A stretch of DNA of 63,223 bases, filler included, from Reticulomyxa filosa (GCA_000512085.1; 22 parts of 22 records of this genome joined end to end with filler, not necessarily neighbours in it), one strand, 5' to 3'. Positions 40,098-53,480 are shown, counted from the whole stretch's first letter. The notes: generated by a model not told the origin, from the letters alone. Made by a program: numbers and translations.

Positions 40098-40720
40098 TTA
40101 GCTTAAAGCACGTAAAAAAACAAAAGCTCTATAATTACATAATGAAAGAATGCATTTTGGTCCACTTGAATGTTCATATGATTGACCTTTTATGTCGTTA
40201 TAAACACTCCACACACAAACTGTTTTATCAGCTGAACCAGAACAAATGAATTGACAATCATCAAATTTTGAATAATCAATACTACGTACAGCACTTGTAT
40301 GTGCATTGATTATAGTGCCTAATGAGGATGATGAACGAAATGTGTCAAATATAATGAATGTAGTTGCCTGTGTTAACAGAGATGATAAAAAATAACAAAT
40401 ATATTTGTTCATTTTTATTTAAATTAAATAAAAGACAAAAATTAAAAAACATAACATAATTGACAACCAATTTATTAAAATCATTTATCCATCCAAATTT
40501 AATGTGTAATATTCGAATCCAATGCTGAATAATGATTTGGATATCATCTTCCTCTGGCTAATTTATCACAAGCCCACAATAAAGACAATAAAAACTTGAA
40601 GACAATCAACTTTTTATAACTTTAGAATAAAACTTACCAGTACTAGTTGAGATAAAGTTTGTTCATGATTGATAAGAGCTGTCATTTTGGAACTGTTTTT
40701 GTTTTTTTGCTTAAATCGTC
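40098..40720 (-). pseudogene. Truncated WD40-family copy
   Basis: IIQHWIRILHIKFGWINDF header exon, then AHTSAVRSIDYS..FICSGSADKTVCVW followed by loss of frame. Confidence 0.7.
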
Positions 40721-41092
40721 TTCGATGATGTAAAATGGAAAATTTTAACTTTTTTTTTCAAGTTCAATGAAGGGACTTCAAAAATAGAATTTTGCAATAT
40801 CTGTTTTTTCTTAATGAAGAAAAAAAGAAAATTAATTATAACTTTTTATAATTATATTTAGAACAATAAATCTCCTTTAAAATCACATTCAATGTCACGT
40901 GATTGAATTGGATAAGGGTCTCTATTGTTTTTAAGAAATAATTTTAGACAATGTTCTTCAGTCCTTGCTTCATCTTTTGTGCTTTCTCTCTTTGCTTGCT
41001 TTATTTTTTTTGTTTTATTAATAATATGCAATCGAAATTTCAAACATTTTTTTTTTTAATAAAGAAAGGGATAGATAATGTTATTCTTGAAC

Positions 41093-41305
41093 ATGGAAAG
41101 AGATGAAAAAAAAGTGGAAAATGAAAAAGAAACATTTTCCAGTTCTGGCTGTTATAACAAAGACTGGGTTTTATTAACCAACAACCAACAGAAATTGAAC
41201 CATTTAATCTGCTGCATTTGCAAACAAATTGCAAACAAATTGCAAACAAATTGCAAACAAATTGCAAACAAATTGCAAACAAATTGCAAACAAATTGCAA
41301 ACTCA
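41093..41305 (+). CDS. TRAF-like RING-finger protein N-terminus (truncated)
   Basis: CYNKDWVLLTN...LICCICKQIAN, the first RING CxxC, running into a tandem repeat. Confidence 0.6.
41218..41302 (+). repeat. Perfect 11-bp tandem repeat (TTGCAAACAAA) x about 7.7
   Basis: Direct reading; abuts contig end. Confidence 0.95.
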
Positions 41306-41480
41306 NNNNNNNNNNNNNNNNNNNNNNNNNNNNNNNNNNNNNNNNNNNNTTAATTAATTAANNNNNNNNNNNNNNNNNNNNNNNNNNNNNNNNNNNNNNN
41401 NNNNNTTTTTTTTTTTTTGCTTTTCCTATTGATTTTTTGTTGTCCATTCACAACAACAATAAAAAAGCAAATTGACAAAA

Positions 41481-42436
41481 ATGGACAAGATTGACGATGA
41501 GTTGGGGACGATGGAGAACCTTGAGTTTGTGACTGTGGACAATCCAAGTGACTCAGTACATACGAGCGGAGAGGGAAACAACAGTAGATTAAATAGCGAG
41601 ACACGTGCAGCAGCAGTAAATGGCGTGGATCATAATGTGAAAGTCGACGATGAGACGAATAAAAAAATAATAAAAAAAGAGTAATTTTTATTAGCATAAA
41701 TAGTTTAAATGTGAACTGTTCTCAAATCCCACAAGACATTTTGGAAGAGTCCATTTTTTGTTTTGCCATTGGGAAAGCTCATTTGTTTCCAAAGACATAT
41801 GAAGAAAAGCAACGTGCAATGCAATCGGTGGTGTCACAATTAAATTTAGATACAAAAGTGTTGGAATGGGTCCAAAAAAAAGATGAAAAAAGCCTTGGTT
41901 TGTATTTTACGATATTTACATTTTTTTTTTTTTTTATACCTTTTTTTTAAAAAAAAGAAGGGGTAGATAAGGTCTCACTATTATGTTTTGTTTTTTACAT
42001 ATGTAAAAAAAAACAACCAAAAAGTGCTTTGGTTTGAACCCTTGACAATCACATGGCAAGACATATCAAACCAATTGCAACAAATCCATGACCCTGTCAC
42101 TAACAAAAACTACAATCCTTTAATTTTAGACGAGCACTGGTGGCTCAATGAATACAATAACGACAACAAACATAACACCAAGTTTTTTGTTACTGCTCAA
42201 GATGTCATTGGCGAAATTCAAAAACCTAAACTGAAATTTATGCCCTCAATGGAAGTTTTGAATTTATGTCCACTTGTTTTTTGTTTTATCTTGATCCTAT
42301 TTTATCTGTTGTATATGCATGTCGATATATGTAGCTCCTTTGGCAAAGTAACTCAACACTTATCCCTATGACCACCTTTGACAAGCGTAGATATGACAAA
42401 GAAAATCGCTTTGATTCTGCCAGAGTTCCAAAATAA
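41481..42436 (+). CDS. Hypothetical protein, multi-exon
   Basis: Coding-like ORFs joined by intron 41898-42024 (KSL|VLWFEP) and one at about 42254-42333; break at 41672-41703; last exon uncertain. Confidence 0.6.
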
Positions 42437-43272
42437 CTTTTATGTAAGCCAACCACGCTTAAGATAGTATAATTTTTTAATATTTGATTGAAAAATTATT
42501 AAACTTTAAAAAACTTCTCCAAAAGGCTTTCCTTTTGGATTGTATTGATTGCCTTTTTTTTGTTTTTTCTCTGTATTTTATTATGTAAAAAATTTGAAAA
42601 AGTAAAATTAGACTTTTTCTGCATTTTTCCCTTTTTTTGGTATCTTTCGTATTTCAACCTTTTGTAGGTCTCATTAAGGTTTGGGTTGTCCAAAGCTTAG
42701 AAAAGTACTTTTTTCCTTGTTTTCCTTTTTTTGTTGGTTAAATTTTTAATTATAAACAAGCCAAAAATCAAATCAAAGAAAAGGAGATGTGTGTCTTTTT
42801 TTAATTGTGTTTTTAACAGCAGTTACAAAAGTGTGTTGGTGAAAATGCAATATTTTTTGTTTATTTGTATAAAATATATCTCATTTGAACAATATCTAAA
42901 ATTTAAAAAAGACATTTTTTGAAAAAAATCTTTCAAAATTTTAGAAGAGCTAAAAAAGGTGAGTTTAAAAAAATCCTCCAAACGTGAAGAGGAAGATATA
43001 ACAATTAATTAATAATGGAACAGATCACAAAGATTGCATTTGAAACAGAAATCGTAAACATATTATTTTGTAACGTTTATAAGTCGTGAAGAATTAGTCT
43101 GTAGTGATTTTTGTGCTTTAAAGATAAATCAATTCAATACGGAAAGCAAATTAGTCCAGCCAATTGAATTGTTGCAATTGAATTGCAAAAATATTTTTAA
43201 GTATGAATTGCAGTAAAAAACTACAACTTAAAAAAATGAAGAACAATTCACATTTTTGCTGTTAAAAACAAT

Positions 43273-44838
43273 TCAAGACCAAGGAAGATCTAAATTTAGA
43301 TTAAGATTGAATAATTTAGAATATTTTTCGGCAAGAATCAAAATCTCAGATATCCTAAGGCGATTTCTTTTGTGTTCTTTGTTTTGTAGTGATTCGATTT
43401 TTGATTTTTTTTCTTTTTCTTCCTTATCGCGAAATGCCTATATGTTGACGACATTTGATCAGTTTCGATATTAGGTATTATTTGTTTATACACAATATAT
43501 CACTTACATCTTCAAGCCTGGATATACGTGCAATGTGGCTGTCTTGACTCAAAGTTAATGAATTCATTATTGCTTCTTTATCACTTAAAAGATTTCGGGA
43601 AATTTCATTTTCCGTTGCTGGTGTAATAACAGCATCTAACCCGTCAATCTTTTGTTTTTTGAATAGCATTATTTATGAGAAAAAAAAATAATACTAAGCA
43701 ATAAACATACCTTAATTCTATTAATTAAATCTGTCACTAATTCATTGACTTTGTTATGAAAACATTTAACAATTCCATTAATTTCTTTAAAATACACTTC
43801 TGATCTTTCTAAATTTTCTTTCATAATTCCATGAACTCGATCTTCATATACATTGATAACATGATTCATATATTCGACTTGTTTGACTTCCTTGTCCATT
43901 AATTGATCACATAAATTAACGAGATCCTCTTTCATTTGAAGATGGTTGTTAAACAAATTTACATTCGTTTTAATGGGATAATTTGAACAAAAATGATTAA
44001 TCATTGCAATACATTCCACTTCGCACTCATATGTAATTTTGTGGATAGTTGAATTTATAACACTGTCTTCTTTTTGTTTTTTATTATATTGTTTTAACAT
44101 GTAATCAATCCATTCATTACTACATTTTTCTAAATCACTTTTATAAGTAGAGAGTAATGATTTTATGCCAGGGATCGCTTGGATGTTATTTATTTCATTA
44201 TCTTCATGTATAATATCATCAAACAGTGTAGAAATCCCTTCAATGTTTGCATTTTTATAATACGTAGATCTTTGCGTCAGTTCTTTTTCTTCTATTTTTT
44301 TCTTTTTTTTTCAAATTCACTATTTCATCAAAAAAAACCAAATAAAAACAAAAATAAATACAATTTGTGATTGTTTTTCTGATTCTTCAATTGCCAAAAG
44401 ATCCGCTTGTTTCTCATCTCTTGCAGCAGTAACATCTTTTTCGTTGACTCTCTGATAGTCCAAAAATTTTAAACGAGAACAATAAGCTAAAACATAATTT
44501 TTAAAGTCTGAGCCGGAATGAACTGGATTTCCTTTTAAATTTAATGCCTCTAGATTCGGTAATTGTCGTAAATATAAGATATCATCTAAAGATTGAATAT
44601 TGTTATTTCCTAAAGACAACACTTGCAAATTTTTGCATTCATCTAAATTTTCAATTTTTGAAATATAATTATTTACTAGTGATAAGTCCGTCAATTTTTT
44701 TAAATTATTTAAGTTGTTAATTTGTGTTATTTGATTAAATGATAAATCTAGCCATTCCAAATTTATTAAGTGCTCTAGATTTTCAATTGTCTCAATTTTA
44801 TTGTTATCCAATTGTAATTTTATTAAATTTTCGAAACC
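43273..44838 (-). CDS. DRC3: Dynein regulatory complex subunit 3 (LRRC48), 5' truncated
   Basis: FENLIKLQLDNNKIETIENL.HL.NLEWLDLSFNQI...LQVLSLGNNNI..ILYLR..LKFLDYQR LRRs, coiled-coil tail and C-terminal EHKRNRLRISEI; introns 44302-44361, 43649-43710 and about 43438-43507. Confidence 0.88.
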
Positions 44839-45015
44839 CTTTTTATTTATTGTATATTTGAGCTTGTAAATTGTTACTGATTTAAAAAAAGAGNNNNNNN
44901 NNNNNNNNNNNNNNNNNNNNNNNNNNNNNNNNNNNNNTTAATTAATTAANNNNNNNNNNNNNNNNNNNNNNNNNNNNNNNNNNNNNNNNNNNNACCAAAA
45001 AAAAAAAAAAAGTAT

Positions 45016-45510
45016 TAACTGATCGCCGTGACAATTTTTGTTCGGTTAATGTCGCTCGATTTGCCTTTTGCAATTCTTGCAATTGGGCAAGGACGGAATC
45101 TTGCTTTCGATTTCCTTCCAACTTGAAAATATCAAAGTATTTGAACAATTGCTCCTTGGATAACGTTTCTAACTGTATGTGTATGCAAAGTAATGTTCAC
45201 ACAAACCTCTCTTGACACAAACTTTTCCAGAAATTTCCGATCAATAATTACGGTAAAAAAAAAATAGTAATCCATACCTGCACTTCATTTACAAAATAAT
45301 TACAAATTCTATCGAAAACTTTTTTCTTCGAATTTGCACCATCAATCCTAGGAGTAATATTCATTTCCTTTGCAAAACGCCTTAGAGTTTTCAGTTTTGG
45401 TATTGCACTATCATCTAAGATAGAATAATATCGGCATTGACCTTGAAGACCAATCAATTTTTGGATGAAAATCCGTGTCAACATCAGGAAATCTTTTGCC
45501 TTTCCCTTTT
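45016..45510 (-). CDS. SAP30 Sin3-binding-like domain protein (fragment)
   Basis: PKIDWS...KLKTLRRFAKEMNI.P....SKKKVFDRICNYF|..KEQLFKYF resembles VDL..L...TLRRY...F.L....NK.QL...V..HF; frame break at about 45420-45447. Confidence 0.5.
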
Positions 45511-45920
45511 TTAAAAAATAAGGTCAAAAAGTTAGAAGTAACGGGGACAACGGTAAACAGTGTAGCTCGGAATGGCCATCTGTTTCTTTGAGGAAAAAAA
45601 AAAGGAGTTTTATTCGAAACACGATTAAGAATAATAGCCAAGAACATTTTGGAAGTCCAAATAAATACACACAAAATATAACTGTGAGTGAAAATGTGAT
45701 TCAAATTGATGTTGAAGCCATTAAGCAATACAACGCCTGAGATTTTCATACGTGGCTTTTATCAATACCACCAAACAAAAAAAAGTCTCCAAGAACGAAT
45801 AGATTTGGGTTCACAAAAACAATTTCCACTAGTGATGGCATTGTAAAAAAAAATTTACACTTTGTCAAATGACAAAAAAAATCATTCCTGAGAGAAAAAA
45901 AAAATACAAGCCAATATGTT

Positions 45921-46302
45921 CTAGGCATACTTTCCTGCACATCCCTGACACAATTTTTTATTTCCAAGCATTTTCATTTTCAATGGTTCTACTGTGTTTC
46001 TGTTATATACAATATACACATATATAATATGACAAACAAAACGTCGATATCATCAAAGCCACCATATTTCTTGTTCTAAACCCTCTCTGTAATTCCTTTT
46101 TTGCGCAACATCAACACATAAGGACAAATAAAATCTAAACTTGCAATCGTCGCATTTCAAGCACTCTTTATGATACACGTGAGTTTTGTTATCTCCAATA
46201 GTAAAAGGCATGCCATAGATAATTTTCTTACATTCGCCACACATCTTTGGAATATTATATTCCACCTGGTGTTTGGTCCCAGGCTTGCCCAACTTCTCTC
46301 TC

Positions 46303-46305
<3 letters not shown>
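45921..46305 (-). CDS. LIM-domain protein, C-terminal fragment
   Basis: CGEC...YHKECLKCDDC and terminal LCQGC in a downstream exon; internal splice pattern uncertain. Confidence 0.75.
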
Positions 46306-46335
<30 letters not shown>

Positions 46336-47833
46336 CCCAAAAAAAAAAAANNNNNNNNNNNNNNNNNNNNNNNNNNNNNNNNNNNNNNNNNNNNTTAATT
46401 AATTAANNNNNNNNNNNNNNNNNNNNNNNNNNNNNNNNNNNNNNNNNNNNATTGTATTCTTCCTTTAATCATAATACTTTATTTTTCAGTACTCATTCAG
46501 ACTTCTTAATCATGAAATATGTATTTTTTGTTCGTTTGCTTATTTGTGTTCTTACACATACAATAAGCATTCCTTTTTCATTCATTAATTATATTATTTT
46601 GCTTCTTAAACATATCACAATATATAATATATTGTATATTTGCACATTATATTCATTTTGAATATCTGTTCGTGTTAATTTATATTTATATACTTAATTA
46701 ACATGTTATAACATAACTCTTTTCTAATTTTCTCAATGTAGTTATATAGCCCTTTTTATCATGCTAAAGAATTCTTTATTGGTTCTTCATTTATTTGTGT
46801 TCGCTTATATTGTCACTAATGTTATATATGTTCATCGATTGTTCTCTTCATATTGCAAAATTATTTTCACATACTGTAATGTATGTTAATTTATTCAATT
46901 ATACTTTGTAGTTTATTCAAATAAATACTCATACTTTGAAGATAATTCTCTTGATAGTTAGTGTCGATTATTCTAATTATTTGATTAACTACTATTTTGT
47001 TATAGTAACAAGTCATACTTATTTATTATCAACATAAGATCAACTTTAGATTCTTGCACATATACTAATATCATTGATTCTTCTTTTTAGATAAAATTTC
47101 ATTGTTGTCATGTAAATCACATTTTCTTTATTAGTCATATTGTAATTTACAACTGCTTATTTGTACTTCTATATCTTTACATTACGTTCTACATTCGAAT
47201 CTTACTACTAATCATTTGTTCGCTATTTTACACAATCGAATGTTTTTGTCCAATTAATCGATTGTCCAAAGAATCTTTTCCTAACACTCAAACAACTTTC
47301 CACTTTTCTAACTAATTTACATCTAACTAGTTGACAAGTTGTAGTCCAGTCTCCGCTTATACGTGCGTCACATTTTGATCTTGAAATTGTCGATTCAACA
47401 CAATGTTAAAATATTCTTCAGTTTATTTATCTTGACTATATCCATATGAATAATCCGTTCGCGCACTGTTTAATAATAGCAGTCCTTTTAAAAAAAATTT
47501 AAACAAGTTTAACGAAATGTTTTCACGTAGAATCGAATGATTATGGGTTGTACTTTTGTTGTCAGCTTTTGTAGTACTTACGCTTTATTAATAAAATCCA
47601 AGTACAATGCAAATTCAATTGAATCTCAGAGTAGAAAGAAGGGGATAGTTGCGACGAAATGACGGCAAGTGTTCTCACCTTAAAAAAGACGTGCATTTTT
47701 TTCTTTTTTGACGTGCACGTGTCTATTGGTTCAAAGTAAATCAATAATAAAATAAAAAAAGAAAGTGGAATTGAGTAATGTTTAAAAAACAAGCCAAGGA
47801 CGTGGCCATTCACCATATGGGATAAAAGACAAA

Positions 47834-50573
47834 TTATTTCCCAACAATTAAAAGTTTTTGGAAGAATTTATTTCCACCTTGGTTTGTTTTTGTTTTTTTA
47901 AAATTTGTTCCGTGGTATTGAGTTATAGCAAGAGGCAAGTAAAAGTTTGGTGAGACACACAAACATAAACACAAATTGCAAACGCAAACGCAAGCGCAAA
48001 TACGCATGGGATTGAATTACTTTGAATTTTGTTTTCAGGGGACCGCATAGAAAACTCGTGGATGAGTTGGAAAAACTCTTGATAGTCCATGACGGATTCG
48101 GTTCTGTCTTGAATCAAGTAAATGGTTTTGAAGGCGTGATCAAAGGGACTTCCTTCGACAAAGATAGTCAAGGGTTGGAAGCGGAACTTGGCAACGCGAA
48201 GTGTGTTAATGACAGCCCAGACACGAGTTAAAGCGGAGTATTCGGACAGCGAGTCGGTGGTAGTGGGTTTGTTTCTCAAGACCAATGAAGTAGAAAAAGA
48301 AGAAGAGAGAGCCGAGACACCAAAGAGTTCGGATAGCATAGTAGCGGACACGTCCTTACCAACACGTAGCAAGAGCTCCATGCCATTATCGAGCAAGACG
48401 ATATCTTGGGAGGTGATGCACTTGAGACTGAGCGGGAGTTCGACAGGGAGCACGACACGTCCGTCGACATCGGCCAGACCAGTCTGTTCGTCTTCAAAGA
48501 CATGCGACAGCAAATACAATGAGGGCCGAATCATGAGATCGAGTTGTGACGTGGACATGACAAGCACGTCCATCAGCAAGGCCACGCGTACATCGATGGG
48601 CACCCATCGAATGAGTTCTTTGACATCTCCAAAGGCGGCGCACTTGAGAAGACCCAAAGTATTCAGTGGCCAATATCGCATTGCCTCGGGATATTCTTGT
48701 TCCGTCTTCAATGCTCGAAACTCATTCGTATACTGCACCAAGCCTTGACACGCTGTCAGACACGCATCCTGCATATGCACACGCGCTGTCGAAATATCCG
48801 CCGCAAACATCTTTCCTACGGCCTGCTTCGCTATCAATGCTGTCATCGCCGGCAGATTCACATGACGATAAATGTCGCTGAGCGTGGAGGATACAGGCAC
48901 ACGCAAATTCGCAACGCGAAGGCGTCTTCTTCCTTTCGACGACGAATACAGTAATGAGCTTTGCACATACATTTCCATCGTTTGAATGCTGGAGCTACTC
49001 GAGTGTCCGAGCAGCAAGGCCACCGACTTGTCGCAATCGATTATCGGAATGGCCAGCAAATCGCCGTCGCGCCTGTGGAAGCAGCCGTAATACTGTTTGA
49101 TTTGCACCCCTTTGGACACGCGCACGCGCATCACTGCTTCCCACGCGGTTTCGCGCGTCAGAATGCGCCACACTTGGTTTGCCAAGCTGTCGCCGTGCAT
49201 CGGCGCCAAGAAGCGATGCCACAGACAAAACTGTCCGCCACTCACACGACATGCCGCCTTCAACGTGGTCGCGTCGCAAAAGTCGCCGTCGCATAATTGC
49301 AGCAAGTCGAGCGCCACTTGGTACTTTACCATCGTCAAGCCTAGATCCATAAAGTAGTCGTGTCCACGTTTCAGCAGCGCTTGATACGCATTGACGTCAT
49401 GTATGTTCTTGTTATTCTCATTACTATTGCTGTTGCTATTGCTATTACTGTTGCTGTTGCTGCTGCTGCTGCTGCTGCTGCTGTTGTCTCGTGGGGTGAT
49501 CTTACCCAATCCAATGGTCGGAGGACCGTATGAACATACGATTATCTTTCCGCCAATCGCTCGAATAATCTCAAATGCAACTTTGATTGCCGTTCCCAAA
49601 CAATTGGAATTTTTATTATTATTATTATTAGAAGAAGATGTAGTATACGTATCGCAAAGTTTGTGAAGCAAGTCGAGAATGGCATCTTTATGCTCGGTCC
49701 AATGGGCAGTGAGATACTCGGCAGGACAAGGAAGCAGAGCATCATCCGGATCACGTATACTGTGGGCAGATACTTTGCTGTTTTGACCAAAGGAAAAAAT
49801 GTCCACGTGGGAATGATAGGCGACAAAACCAACCATGACTCGATGATCGTCGCTATTGTTATTGTTATTGTTATTGTTATTGTTATTGTTATTATCCCTG
49901 CTATTATTAATGTGTTCGTGTCGATGTTGCAATGCTTGCGAAATAGTATCACACACAATCGACAGTGCGTTGGACTCGATGCAACGACTATTCACGTTCA
50001 ACACAAATATATAGCACGGCGGCTGCGGCGGACGCAAACAATAGTCTTGCGACGCGTCGATTTCGTAATCGTAACATTGCAACTCTGGACGCTTGTCCAA
50101 GTCCATGCGAAGGCCCGTCGAGGTGTCCAACGGCGAGTAGTAGTCCTTCTTTGTCTCGTTCACGTCGTGACACAGGTTGCATCGCCAACTGTTCCCATTG
50201 TTCAAAAACACCGTAAATGGGTTCACAAAGCCGCGACACGTGTTGCATCGGATCACTTCCGATTCGAAACGCACTGTCGGCAATTCAATCCCTTCCGACA
50301 ACGGCGTGCAAATCAGTCCGCATTGCAAACTACTCTTGTTCAATATGTCGTATGACACTGGGAAATATCCCACTGTACTTTCCAATAAAGGTGCACTGCT
50401 AATACCTACTGTTCCTGTTCCTATTGTTGTTCCTGTTGCTGATATGCTCGGCGCAAACTATACTAAGCAAACGTCCCCCATCCTATTCTTTTACACTATT
50501 GTGTGGTCACAAAACACTTCATCATGACAAAGCCAACCTCTGCTTCGGAACCTAGTGTCTTCTCCTCGTCCAT
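47834..50573 (-). CDS. SEC24: COPII cargo adaptor Sec24
   Basis: 820-aa ORF: RCNTCRGFVNPF..WRCNLC zinc finger, trunk/vWA domain, LTRETAWEAVMRVRVSKG, GRRRLRV, helical and gelsolin (LLDNG) domains; short terminal exons (50573 start, 47834 stop) are tentative. Confidence 0.96.
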
Positions 50574-50901
50574 TTTATAGCAATATTCTCGCTTTCTTTC
50601 TCGATTGGATGCAAATTGATGCAAATAAAAATCAATAATGACAACGCTTCAAGGGGTCACGTTTTGCTTTTTTTTTTTTTTGAGAGGAAAAAAAAAAGGG
50701 TGCAACACCTGATATATATTTTTTTTAAAAAAAAAAGACAAAGGAAACATAAAGAATGCCTTGTAGCTGAAAATTTTTTTCATATTTTGTTCCTCAAAAG
50801 ACACATACCAGTTCAAAAAAAAAAAATTGGCAGTTCCTCTAAAGGGGTTCTGTCAAGAAAAGTGCAAAAGTCGAATCAATAATCAGAATATTCAGGCAGA
50901 T

Positions 50902-51558
50902 ATGGGATTACTCTTTTCCAAAGTGTTTCGTGCCTTATTTGGAAATCAAGAAGTTCGTATTCTCATCTTGGGGCTGGATGGCGCAGGTAAAACGACAATA
51001 GTATACAAGCTCGTAAGCCCGGATGAAGTGGTCTCCACGCAATTGGTGCCAACGATCGGATTCAACGTAGAGACAGTGGAGTACAAAAATATAAAATTAC
51101 AAGTGTGGGATTTGGGCGGGCAAACGAATATTCGGCCATATTGGCGTTGTTACTATCCAAACACCAATGCGATTATATTCGTCGTTGACAGCGCTGACAC
51201 CAAACGTCTCAAAATTGCTCGCAAAGAGTTTACGAAACTGTTGGAAGAAGAGGAACTGCAAAATGCAGCCATTTTAGTCTTTGCCAACAAACAAGACTTA
51301 CCTAATGCGCTTAGTGCTGCACAGGTGTTGTTTTTTTCAAAAAAAAAAAAAAAAATTTTATGATTAAAAAAAGGGGGTTTCAAATGACCAAGTTTTTTTT
51401 AAAAAATAAAATTCATTTTTGCATAGATATCCGAAGGATTAGGTCTTTCCAGCATAAAAAATAGACAATGGCACATCAGTGCCTCTGTGGCAAAAGAGGG
51501 GAAAGGGTTGACGCAAGGTTTGGATTGGCTCACGTCAGTACTTAAAAATGAATCATGA
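50902..51558 (+). CDS. ARL1: ADP-ribosylation factor-like GTPase 1
   Basis: [47 protein letters not shown]; intron 51325-51426; stop 51556-51558. Confidence 0.96.
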
Positions 51559-53338
51559 AAGGGTCGACTGAAAAGAAATTGTTCTTTTTTTATTATTATT
51601 TTTGTCTGTTTTTTTTTTTAAATTTGTTTGCTGTCTTTAATTTTTTGTTTACTTTTTATGAGTTTGCTCACTTTCTCTAAAAATAAACTTGCTTTACCCC
51701 CTCCCTGCGTTCACATGGCGTTGCTTTTCTCTTATCTTAAGAAGTTGGAAATTTGAACACTACTTTTCTCTATTGCCATAGATCGTGTTTGTAGGGCAAA
51801 ATGAAGAGGGAGAACAAGTTTCGTTGCATATTGCTTTTTTTTTTTTNNNNNNNNNNNNNNNNNNNNNNNNNNNNNNNNNNNNNNNNNNNNTTAATTAATT
51901 AANNNNNNNNNNNNNNNNNNNNNNNNNNNNNNNNNNNNNNNNNNNNGACACATTGCAATTCTTTGTGTCATTTCCAATAGTCTCTTATGAATGTCGCGAC
52001 CCGGTATCTCATTAAGATGCGCGGAAAGCACTCGCGCCAACAAGAAAAGTTACTGAAACTAAAGAAAAAGCCACCGAAGGCAAGCCCTGAGTGTCAACTA
52101 GAAAAGATTCCAACAGTGGTATTCATATTTGCAGATCAATCGAACATTTTCGTAAATCAAAAGACTCCGATCAAATTGTCACGAGATCTTCGAAAAAATA
52201 TTGTGAAACCATATGAACAATTATTGAAATTGACGTATACGTCCACAATCATAAAGGCTAACAAATTAGTGTTATGCCTTAACAGAAATAGTAATATGGA
52301 GAATAAAGGTCATGCGAGTAGAACAGTTTATCGTTCGAAGAAATTGCAAACAGTACATTATAAGTCTATAGATCAAGCCAAGCATTATAAATAATAACGA
52401 ATATATTTCCAAAGATTATAAATACACCAAATTGTTATCTAAAGAAGTAACTTGTATTCAAAGAAAGACTTACAGTATTGAACATGCATTACACAAATGT
52501 GGAAATTGTTGAAAGATCTAAGTCCAAGTCTTTCTACAAGACTACCTTCAATGATGCAATTGGAGCTGCAGTATCAAGATATTCGATGATTGCTTCATTC
52601 AAGCGATATTAGGATATGAACTATCACAAGAACATTGAAGACACTTATTTTTGTTTTTTGTAATGTTGTTTGTTGTTTACTTTTTGTATTGCAGTGTGTA
52701 TTTAGTACTGTACTCATTTTTGGGTGAGGTGCTTGTTCACATTGTTTTCCTTTATGAATTCAACAGCAACATTCTATCTTTAAAAAAAAATAACTGTTGT
52801 GAAAATAATTTGGCTCTTCACTGTGGATGTCAGGGGAAATTATAGGAGCATTGCTCAACTGAATTCTCTGAGCATTATTTTTGAGTGTTGAAATCTCATA
52901 AAATATTGAGATTCAATTCGCTTCTTTTAATAAATTAAAAAAGACTAATACTTAAAATAATCAATTGTGCAATTATTCAATGGAAAATGACTTAATTTTT
53001 TGCTTGCAAGCTTTGTTTGGTCTTTCTATTCTGTTTCGACCGATGTTTTCAGAAATTTCACTTGGTATCCTGGTTGTTCGATATCTAATCTAAAAGAGAT
53101 GAATTGAATCTCAATAGACTCCAATACTTCAAAAACGCATTGATCCTGTAATTCCCCCCGACCATTCCACAGTGAAGAGCCAAATTTGTTTTCACAACCC
53201 GTACAACTTTTGAGATTTTATTTGTTTTTTTTTGATATTTTAAAGATTAAATTAAAATTTTTTCCACTTGTTGTTGATTGTGTGTGAGTGTGAGTTTTTG
53301 ATATGTTTTGTTGATCTTTTCCCTTTTTTTGTGTTTTC

Positions 53339-53480
53339 CCGGAAACTAACGAAAAGGTCCTCAAAGGTCCGGAAATCAACAAAAGGCCCACAAAGGCCCG
53401 AAACCAACGAGAAGGCTCTTAAAGGCCAACAAAAAGCCATAAAGGCCCGGAAACCAGTAAAAGGTAGTTCCGGAAACTAA
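53339..53480 (+). repeat. Degenerate about 29-30 bp minisatellite (CCGGAAAC..AAAAGG..AAAGG)
   Basis: 4-5 related units in otherwise AT-rich non-coding DNA. Confidence 0.65.

Noticed and set aside
46451-47450. Decayed reverse transcriptase
   Set aside because: GKLFE and KTFDCV fragments only; no YxDD or other ordered motifs
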